A stretch of 64,000 bases of DNA from Octopus sinensis (lineage: Eukaryota), in contig NC_043003.1 of the NCBI RefSeq assembly GCF_006345805.1, positions 108,810,001 to 108,874,000 on the forward strand. The letters are read 5' to 3'. The notes beneath the pieces were generated by a model. It saw only the letters and a list, made by a program, of their open reading frames with translations. It made no database searches and was not told the origin of the DNA. A program made the translations under genes and the position numbers. Within the stretch, counting starts at the first letter, position 1; each line of letters opens with the position of its first letter. Of this stretch, positions 51,069-64,000 are shown piece after piece.

Positions 51069-52722
51069 GCCTGCATGGGTTGGGCAGGTTCTGAAGCAGA
51101 TCTCCTCCAGTCAGATGCCATTGCTGTCATCAACCCTTGTCCGTTTCCAAGTAAGGTAATATTTCCTGTGACCAGATACTGTTTTCAGACAAGACTGGAA
51201 ACGAATAACACTGCTTGTATGATGGTGACACTTGTTTACAACTATCACATGATGTCAAGACAAGAGGAAAAAGTGCACAATGTTTTTAACTTTTACTTAT
51301 TTCAGTCATCTGACTGGCCATTCAGGAGCACTGCCTTGAAGGATTTTTAAGCTATTGGTTCCCTTTGCTGAACTGCTAAGTTATAGGGACATAAACACAC
51401 CAACACCAGTTGTCAAGTGGCGGAGGGGAACAAAGATACACACACATATATGTGATGAGCCTCTTACCATTTCCGTTAATCAAATCCACTCACAAGGATA
51501 GTGGTTGACCCAAGGCTATAGCAAAAGACACTTGCCCAAGGTGCCATGCAGTGAGACTGAACCTGCAACCATGTGGTTGGGAAGCAAACTTTTTACCACA
51601 CAGCCACTCCTGCACCTTTCCATACAACCAGTAAATGAAAAAATTTTTTAATATCAGACATGTTTTATCTTTTTTTCACTCAATGAATGTTAATTTACAT
51701 TTGAGAAACTTTTTTACGGAGAAGCACAAGTGCCTACACACACGGCAGTAACTTCCGCCTACCATATTCAATCACAAAGCTTCGGTCGGCCCGGGGCTAT
51801 AGCAGAAGATACTTGCCCAAAGTGCCATGCAGTGGGACTGAACCTGAAACCATGCAGCTTGGAAGCAAGCTCCCTAACCGCACAACCATTTATTCTAAAC
51901 CATTTGAGTACTTATAGATTAAAAAATTTCTTTCATTAACACTTTTCACAAAAAATATGCCCAAGACCATCGTTGGATCTGTGATATTAGCTTCCTGTTA
52001 AGCCCTTTAGTATTTAAACCACCCCTATTCAGCCCAAATATTCTACCCATTTTACACTCAAACCAGCCATATCCACCCTCCAACACCTCCACTACATCAT
52101 CAAAACCAAAACAGTGTGAACGAATAAGTTACATTTAAGAAAGTGATCTCTATGCTAAAGATTTAAAGTGATCTAACTAAAAACTTTCCATGAAAATTCC
52201 AAGTTAATTTGTTCCAAACATCAGCTTAATAATGACCAAGTTATTTTACTAAATGTTTTGTTATTTTCAAAATTAACTGAAAGGCAAGTGTTTCAACAGC
52301 AATAGAGTAACAAAAGGTTTAACATTTGAACTTCAGTGCCACTTAATAAGTGGTCATTAACCGTAACATTTTCCACAAACTTTGAGTACTCGAAAACAGA
52401 AAAATCTAGTTCATTGGTTTTTGTTCATAATTTCTTTTGCAGCTAAAACCTACAGATGACTTAATAATTGCTAATTTATAGGAAAACATTCTTTACATAA
52501 TTTGAGTACATGTGCTGGTGGCATGTAAAAAGCACCATCCGAACGTGGCTGGTGCCAGCGCCGCCTTGTCTGGCTTCCATGCCAGTGGCACGTAAAAAGC
52601 ACCAACCGATCTTGGCCGTTGCCAGCCTCACCTGGCACATAAAAAGCACCCACTACACTCACGGAGTGGTTGGCGTTAGGAAGAGCATCCAGCTGTAGAA
52701 ACACTGCCAGATCAGACTGGAG

Positions 52723-52959
52723 CCACAAAAAAGACTGGCAGACAAGTACGAGGCTTCAAAAAGTAGGCAGTGGGGTTGATGTGTTTGATTGACCCCTTCA
52801 AGCCAATTCTCTCGTAGGGCTGCAGTCCAATGACTGAAATGAGTAAAAGAAGAGCAATTTAGAAAATGTTTACTAGGGATTGGCTTGAAGGGGTCAATCA
52901 AACACATCAACCCCACTACTTTTTGAAGCCTGGTACTTGTCTACCAGTCTTTTTTGTGG
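52723..52959. repeat. Inverted repeat of SINE-derived sequence, arms about 81-85 bp, spacer about 71 nt
   Basis: ccacaaaaaagactggcagacaagtacgaggcttcaaaaag...gaccccttcaagccaat (52723-52807) versus its reverse complement at 52879-52959. Confidence 0.92.
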
Positions 52960-54775
52960 AACTACTAAGTTACAGAGATGTAAACAAACTGACACCGGTT
53001 ATCAAGTAGTGGTGAAGAAATATAGACACACACACTCTCTCTCTCTCTCTCTCTCCAACACACACACACACACACAATGAGTTTCTTTCAACTTCCATCA
53101 ATCCTATCTACTCCCAAAGTGTTGGTCACCGTGAGGTTATAGAAAACACTTGCCCAAGTTGCCATCCAGTAAGACTGAACCAAAAAGCAGGTGGTTGGGA
53201 AGCAAGTGTCTTGCCACACAGCCAAACCACTTTTGTTTTTTTTTTGTTTTTTTAGTTAATAAAGACAGTGGATTGGTAAAATTATTAGAGAGTCAGACAA
53301 GATGCCTTAGAGTGTTCAGTTACAGCCCTAGACATTTTGAGTTCAAATTGCACCGAGGTCAACTTAACCTTTTGCTCTTCCAGGTCAATGAAGTACTGGT
53401 CATGTAGTGGAGATGATTTAATTAATTCTATTATCATTATCATGATTGTTTAACCCTTTAGCACTTAGGCCATATCCGGCCAAAAATATTCTACCTATTT
53501 TATGCTCAAACTGACCAGACCCGACCTTTCGCAGTAACCCTTCATCATTTTAAAAGTTAAGAGTTAGCTCATCAAAATCTCAAAGCTACAGAATAATGCA
53601 GGATTAATTCAAAACAATGCGAATAAATAAGCATTACTTTTGACAGAATAATCTGAATGCTCACTTTTTTATGCCTGCAAGAGACAGAAACAATTCACCG
53701 AGGTAGATTTTCTACAGTCAGATGCCCTTCTTGTTGCCAACCGTTACCTGCTTTCAAGCAAAGTAATATTTCCCTATGTCTAGATGTTTTCAGGAAGATT
53801 GGAAAAGGACATTGCTTGTATGATGATTCTTATAATTATCACACAATGTGAAGACAAAAAAACATACAAGTGCACACAGACTTTTTTCAGTTTCTTTCCT
53901 TCAAATCCATTCACAAGGCTTAGGTCAGCTTGGAGATAAGGCAAAAAAAAAAAAAAAACCCCAGCTGCCCAAGGAGCCACACAGTGGGACTGAACCCCAA
54001 ACTACATGGTTGGGAAGTGAACTTCTGAAACACAGCCACACCTGAAATGAAATACACAGGCAGTGTAGTTCATTCAATGAGGTCACAAAAACATCCAGGA
54101 ATAAAAGCAAAGCTACAACTGATACAGCAATGGGTTGAAAGTACAGCATTAGGGGGTTGTTGACAAAATCAAGAACATCATTTTTTAATTACTATTTAAT
54201 GAACATTTTTGCAAATTAGGAATTAGTTAAGAGAGGAATTCGAGCTTTTTTCTATTTTTTCCACCCAACAGATCTTTTTGAAATCTTTTACTCAAAGTAA
54301 GGCAGCAAGTTGGTAGAAACAATAGAATACTCGCCTGAAAGGCATTACATTTTATCTTTATCTTTTACTTGTTTCAGTCATTAGACTGAGGCCATGCTGG
54401 GGCACCGCCTTTACATTACATTATTTCATTTTCGTTCACTCAGTTTAGAGTTCCTATTGCATCAGGGAGTAGAAATGTATTTTTAAGACTTCAGGACAAA
54501 ATCACTGTCAATGTAAAACTTAACTATACCCATGCTCTGAATAAATAATCACAGATTTTCTTCAATTAGAAATCAATATTTAAATGGAACATTTGTAGCA
54601 GCTCCCAGTTCCTTCTAATTTCATTAGATAATCAAGTATCATTACACATCATAAAAGTCACAAACACAAGTATTTCCTCAGTTTCTTAGGCATATTTTTC
54701 ATACCAATTAGTTTTTTTGTTTGTTCTTTGTACCCCCTCCCACCCGCAGTCCCACACTCACACCCCCACCCCCAC

Positions 54776-54793
54776 CGTTTGCACAACAGCCAT
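54776..54793 (-). CDS. Possible start-codon exon MAVVQT of the minus-strand gene
   Basis: CCAAGATGGCT (YY1-like/Kozak-like context), then GTTGTGCAAACG|GTGGGG. Not linked to the chain by a verified exon. Confidence 0.2.
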
Positions 54794-57700
54794 CTTGGAT
54801 TTAGCTGAAGGATATCTGCATTTATGCTATTATTGCCAATTCATAAACACAAATCAGTTGAGAGAAGGACGTGTTTAACTAACCAAGATTTTTTATGGCT
54901 GGAAGGTGAATTCTAGCTAACACCATTTGTTTTAGAGAGATAACCCAATAATGCAAAATTTATCTGTTCCTGTTTTTAACTCACTTTTTTTCTTCTTATT
55001 TTCATGTGCAGACACAACTTCAAATGTTCTTAATCCGTTTTTATTTTTTACCCACTCTTTTATTTTATATGGAAGTTTAAGGTTCACCATAACTCAAGTA
55101 TTTAATGTGCAGGATAGAATTAACCCTTTCATACGACCATATTTCAAATTAAACTGTTTACAAAATTTATAGAAACACATGTAGCAACCAGGAAATGGAT
55201 AGTATTTTAGCTAACTTTTTTTTTAATATTTCACATTACCTAATTTTAAAAAATTTTTACATTCTATATAAACGTTTTGATACTAACACACCAGAAACTG
55301 CCCTGTAAATTCTATGATATGGACTTCCAGTTTTAAAGTCATCTAAATTAAAACCTTCCATTAAAATTTATGTTAATTTATCTTTCAAAGACCAGCTTCA
55401 CTCCTTCCAGATGAAAAATGGTAGTGACCATATTGAAACAGTGTGTGTGTGTGTGAGCAGTGTGATGTCTCACTCAGTGCAGTGCCATGTCTTCAAATAT
55501 ACCACACTGAAAAGAATCTGTAAATACACTGTAAAACTCCTTGTATGAAAAATTATGTAGTTACTGAAAGGCCCAAAGCCAGCACATAGCACAGACTTCA
55601 ACACTAAATCCATCTGCAAGGGTTTAATAATGACAAGACTACTTCAATTAATTCTTTATATACTCTTTTACTTGTTTCAGTCATGTGAGTTTGGCCATGC
55701 TGGGGCACCGCCTTTAGTCGAACAAATCGACCCCAGGACTTATTCTTTGTAAGCCTAGTACTTATTCTATCAGTTTCTTTTGCTGAACCACTAAGTTACG
55801 GGGACGTAAACACACCAGCATCGGTTATCAAGCTATGTTGGGTGAGGGGAGACAAACACAGGTGCACAACCATATACACACACATACATATATTATATAT
55901 TCGACGGACTGCTTTCAGTTTCCGTCTACCAACTCACAAGGCTTTGGTCGGCCCAACGCTATAGTAGAAGACACTTGTCCAAAGTGCCACGCAGTAGGAC
56001 TGAACCTGAAACCATGTGGTTCGTAAGCAAGCTACTTACCACACAGCCACTCCTACGCCTATAAATCAAATGATAAATTTAATAAAATAAAGGCAGTGAA
56101 TTTCAACAGAAATACGGTAACAAAAAGATTGAGCTAGTAGTTCTTATTTGAAATCATCGTATGGTTTAATTAAAATAACGAACACTTAAAAACGAGTAGT
56201 GTCACATAGGTTGAATCCAATGACCAAATACTTGGATTTCATTCAGAACTTTCAAATTGGTTTCTCACAAAGTTGTTACCAAATCTCTTGTCACGGGCAT
56301 ATTTTTAAAAGGTGGACAAGCTATTTACCATTATTCAACATCCACTTTCCAATGGTTGCATAAGCTGGACAATGTTCATTTGTGATAGAGTCTCCATAGC
56401 TGGATGCCCTTCCTGTTGCCAACCTTCACCTGTTTCCAAGCAAGGCCAGACATATTTCCAAATATGGCCACGGCCAGACATATTCTCAAAGAATATTAGA
56501 AATGCATGGTAATGCTGGTATGAGAGTAATACTCATTTACATCTATCACGTATATTTCTTTATTGCCCACAAGGGGGCTAAAGACAGAGGAGACAAACAA
56601 GGACAGACAAACAGATTAAGTCGATTACATTGACCCCAGTGCGAAACTGGTACTTAATTTATCGACCCCAAAAGGATGAAAGGCAAAGTTGACCTTGGCG
56701 GAATTTGAACTCAGAACGTAATGACAGACGAAATACCGCTAAGCATTTCACCCGGTCAAGCCAAGGAGACACATACATGTACACACTTGTACACACACAC
56801 AGATGGGCTTTTTAGTTTCCACCAACCAAGTCCGCTCACAAGTATTGGCTGACCCAGGCAACAGACACCTGCTGAAGGTGCCACACAGTAGAACTGAACC
56901 CAGAACCATGTGATCAGGAAGCAAACATCTTATACACAGCCATGCAGGTCCCTATTATATACGGCATTAAATCGCATATAAAAGATGTAGCATAAGCACA
57001 GATACATTTGTTGACAAATATGGTCCTTGATAACTCATTAAAACAATGGTTTTTACTAAGAGGGGTCCATGTCAATTTATTAACAAGTTTGCAACCTTGC
57101 AATAATTTGAATTTAATTTCGTTAACCATTTTAGCAAAATTGCATCACGGAAATTTCAATCTTAGTTTGCACCTTATCATTTTTAATATCTGGGTAGGTG
57201 GGTGGGTGAGATAGATTAGTAGAATTATTAAAGCCCCACCAGAGAAATTCATTGTCATCATCATTTAAATGTCCACTTCTTCATGCTTGCGTAGGTCAAA
57301 TAGAATTTGTTGAATATTTCCTATGGCTAACTGTCCTTCCAGGTACCAACCTTACCTCTTTTCACATATGATGATATTTGCCAATGACCAGATATGCCTT
57401 CACAGAAGATTGGAAACAAAGAGTACTAGTGTACCCTTTGTTTCATTCACACCTATCATGTGATGTCAAAACAAAGAGCCACCAATTTGCTTGCATGCAC
57501 ACATACAAACAATGGGCTTCTTTCAGTTTCTGTGGATCAAATCCACTCACAAGTCTATGGTCGACTAAGGTCTATAGTAGAAGACACTTGCTCAAAACTG
57601 AACCCAGAGCTCTGTGATTGGAAAGCAAGTTTCCTAACTACATAGCCATGCCAATACCTCATTCTGTTTGAGCCTAGCTAAAGTCAAATTTACCTTTAAT

Positions 57701-58809
57701 TTTACAGGAGGCACTAAGTACCAGTCCAATACTATGGTTAGTATAACCAACTGACTCCTCCTTAAAAAATATCTGCCCCACCCCTTTTTCCTTTAGTCAG
57801 GAGGGAGGGATGAATGAGCCCATAACCTGTTACAAGGCTTCCAAGAGTCTTGGAAGAGAGGAAAGTATCAGAACTGAGCACAATGCTTGCAACAAAGTGA
57901 ACTCGGAGGTACCAAGTGGCCGTGTCAAACTGGGTAACAGTTTAAGTCGATCATTCAAAGTAGGTTATGGTAGGATTTGAACTTGGAACATAAGGAGTTG
58001 AAATGAATACTAAAATGTCCTTACAGTTCCATCAATCCACCACTTTGGACAGGTTTCTTTTTGTTTTTTTTTGGGGGGGGGTATTATTTTCTCCCCCAAC
58101 CATGAAAGGATGTAAAAGTAGGCCTTAGCAGAGTTTTAACTCAGATTACATAGAGTCAAAACAAATACCATAAAGCATTCTGTTCAAGGCTCTCATGACT
58201 CAGCCTTCTATGAGAAATTATTAAAAACTTCTGTTCGGGTTTACACCAGTCATGGACAAACTGCAGCCCATAGGACGTTTTTAGTAGAGTGGCCTGTCTG
58301 ATGATGAACCATGTCTTATGCAACCTGCTTTTTGAAAAAAGAGGTTATTTTTTTTCTTTTTATTCTATTCTGATATAAAGTTATTTTAAATGTGTGGTGA
58401 CATTTTTTTGACTCAATACAATACAGAATTAGCAATTATGATACAGACTCCTTTATTTTCTGACGAATGCTGCTTCATTCTTAGTGGGTTCTGAACAAAA
58501 TAAACCCAAGTATAAAATTTCAAGTCTAGTACTTTAAATATTGCACTGTTTCACCTCCACAAAAATGTCTTTGAAATAACATCAATGATTCACAGTAACC
58601 AAAAGAAAAAGAAAATATAACAGAATAAAATGAATAAATAAATGAAATAAGATATTCCATAAATAGTTTAGCACACTTTGTGAACAAATGAACAACAACT
58701 GAGAACAAATTACAGAATTTGCAACAATATCACAGTTGCTGAGAGGGATCTGAAATCTACAGCAAACTACAAATATGAATCATGGCTGGTGAAAGGGTGG
58801 GTTGGGTAC

Positions 58810-58858
<49 letters not shown>

Positions 58859-60591
58859 TATATATAATTTTTTCAAGAAATCATAAAAAGAAAAGAAACA
58901 AAAAGGAAGCTATTATACAATTAAATTTATATTATACTTTTGAAATAGACTATTTCTTTGTCCTTTCCTTCTAACCTCATTGAGTTATCAGCTATTTCCA
59001 TTTCAAATTTTTTTCAAACACCCAAATTCCAAAAATAAAAGAAATCTTAAAAGATTGTTCAAATAAAATAAAGCAAATTTTTAATAAAACTTAAATTTAT
59101 TAAAATAAATTTTATAAAAAAAAAGTTCAGAATTGTAATTTGTATTTATTTTCTTGAAAGTTCATTTAAATTTACCCTTCCCAGTACATTAACAATTTTA
59201 GTTTCTAACTCATATCATAAAAGAACAAAGTTACTTGCCATACCTAAAGAGAAGACAAGAAACACTACATAGCAAGTGACATAATGCTGTAAAAGGCTTC
59301 ATGCAAGATCCTCTCACCCATTCTCTTAACTTTAACCACCTCCCACTCACCCATACACAACAGCAACTTCTACCTACGGACACTTCCACTTGCCTTGTAC
59401 TTTGAGGTTCTATTATGACACCTCGTCACCATTTTTATCGCTTTTTAGTTCCACACTGACCACCTCCGACCTCTCCCCTACAATGTGGGTAGCTTTGTAG
59501 CTCTTCTACAACAAGAAACCTGTTCTATTTTGGCTCCTTCTCTCTCACCTTAACCCTTCATCTCAAAATATAAAGGCACTTTCCTCTCTTCTGTAGCCCC
59601 ATTCAGTCCAAGGGGATCTTGGTGTTGTAGGTTTTGGCAACCTCATAAGTGCTGGTGTCAGATAGCAAGTTCCCTAGACATTGCATCCCAAGGCTCATAA
59701 AACCAGTTACCTACTTTCTAAAGCATGAAAGTGACCAAGATCACAGCATTTCCTTGAACAAGATGCCACAGTTGAGTGGAATGGAGCAATACGAAATTAG
59801 GTGTTTTTCTCAAGAACACAATGTGCCAATTGGTCCGGGAATTGAAACTACTCTCCTGCAGTCCTGAGTGCAATGCAGTAACCACCAGGCCATGCTCTTT
59901 CACCCATGTTGTTGATATAGTTAATTCAAGGCAGGCTTGGAATACTGAGCACATTCCCTTTCGTAATGAGCTCAAGACATTCAAGCTGGGAGTCCAGGAC
60001 TATATCCACGCAAATATTTTGCTTCAAATTTTATGGAAAGTGTTTATTTTGGGCTATTTGTCATACATATAAATAGTATCTAAATTTTCACACGATCTAT
60101 ATACTGAAAAAGGAAGCTGTGAAAGAATTTGCCTTATTTCTTGCCACTGGTCTCCTTAGTATTAAAAATATCACTATACAAAGAAAAAAACCCAATTTAC
60201 TTACATATATAAACATCTGTATAGAATGGATTAGAAGTCATTAGACTTTTTGTTAACATAATCCTGCTGAAATACACTGCCTTTGTTGTAATTAATTTTG
60301 AAAATAACGAAGAATCTGGTAACGACCTTTCTGTTATTAAATCAATGTTTGGAACATAAAATAACGGAATTTTGATGGAAGGTTTTGATTTAGATCACTT
60401 TGAAACAGGAAGTATCACAGAACCAGGATCAGCTTGGGTCAGTTGGTATTTAAAGGGGTGGTCATTATTCCTTCGTCTAAATTAACCATCTCAGGCACTT
60501 AAATGCTATGACAACATTATTAATCATCATCATTATTTGTTCACTAATCACTACAGAATTGTCGAAAGATGTGTAACATTTTAACAATGTT

Positions 60592-60998
60592 GGATCTTTT
60601 CGGTTTGAATGGCAGTTTTTAACATAATTTCTAGCTAACTAAACACTGTTAAACTTCGTATACTGGTAGAATGTGTTTGTAAAATATCTTTTTCTCTTGG
60701 CTTTATTGAGAAAATTCTATAGTTTGTAAGATATTTGTTGTTTTTTTTCTTCAATTTCTGCAATTTCAACCAATCAATGACGTCTATTGAGGTAAAAACA
60801 TTCTGTGCTGTATGAATATGTCCCTCGTTTAAGAAACAGAGTGGGTTTATTTACATTTCAAGAAAAAATATACCCTTCCCCCCACCCCTAACCCTAAAAT
60901 AGATTGAAACGCAAAAGATCGAAACTAGGGTCATAATTGTGGGTGACAATTTCATATGAAATCGCTAGAAAAAACTGCCGTTCAGACAGAAAAGATCC
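60592..60998. mobile_element. 407-bp MITE-like element with about 29-bp TIRs and a 7-bp TSD
   Basis: GGATCTTTTCGGTTTGAATGGCAGTTTTT ... AAAAACTGCCGTTCAGACAGAAAAGATCC (3 mismatches). CAATGTT lies at 60585-60591 and 60999-61005. Confidence 0.85.
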
Positions 60999-61539
60999 CA
61001 ATGTTTGCTACTTGGTGATGACACTGATAACCAACCACAGCCTTGTGAACTCCATCAGTTACCAAGCTGAAAGTGTAGTTTCTCAATTTATTCATGTTAC
61101 TAATTTCCATATTTCTTGCATATGATATTAGGTAAACTTACATGCATAACATACATTATGAATGCACATGGGAGCAGATGCAAATGAAAGACTATCAGAT
61201 TCACAAGCTTTCTTTGTACATGAATAAATCTACAACAGTTTCACCAGCTTTTACAAGTTGCTATGCACGCACAAGTTAGTAAGTACATAGATTCCTTCTA
61301 CTCAGTGATGCATGACAATGAATCTGAAGTATGCAACCCCCCTTATTATTTTGCTTTTCAGGTCAGATTTCTAGAGGAGGCAGCCTTCACCATGTAGTGT
61401 CAATCTTCCCAATCCCAATATCACAAAAGCATGGTGACAATAACAGAATTATGCGCAATAAATACATATTTTATGAATAACAAAATCAACTTGCATCAAG
61501 GCTCTCGTTGGTTGGTCCTTTAGTACATATACAACAAAT

Positions 61540-64000
<2,461 letters not shown>

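Overview
AT-rich, repeat-dense eukaryotic genomic DNA. It is most likely from a coleoid cephalopod (Octopus-like), inferred from the GCUUAC-starting 5S sequence, the SINE types and the very high microsatellite load. Most of the window is intron or intergenic sequence filled with several tRNA-type SINE families, LINE fragments (RTE, CR1-like, Penelope-like), a deleted mariner, a MITE and micro/minisatellites. None of the long ORFs in the supplied track looks like a real host gene. Reading splice signals by hand gives a phase-consistent chain of short minus-strand exons from about 46.7 kb to 21.5 kb, belonging to a gene I could not name. One of these exons contains 11 in-frame copies of a 42-bp unit, and each copy recreates a splice acceptor. 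Other notable items: a full-length 5S rRNA copy fused to a SINE/LINE-type 3' tail; two Penelope-type minimal hammerhead ribozyme motifs, each downstream of a Pol III SINE head; an RFX X-box in a CpG-retaining patch near 11 kb; a 2.9-kb 12-mer array; a 1.09-kb tandem duplication; and two long hairpins. Exon calls are manual and unverified.
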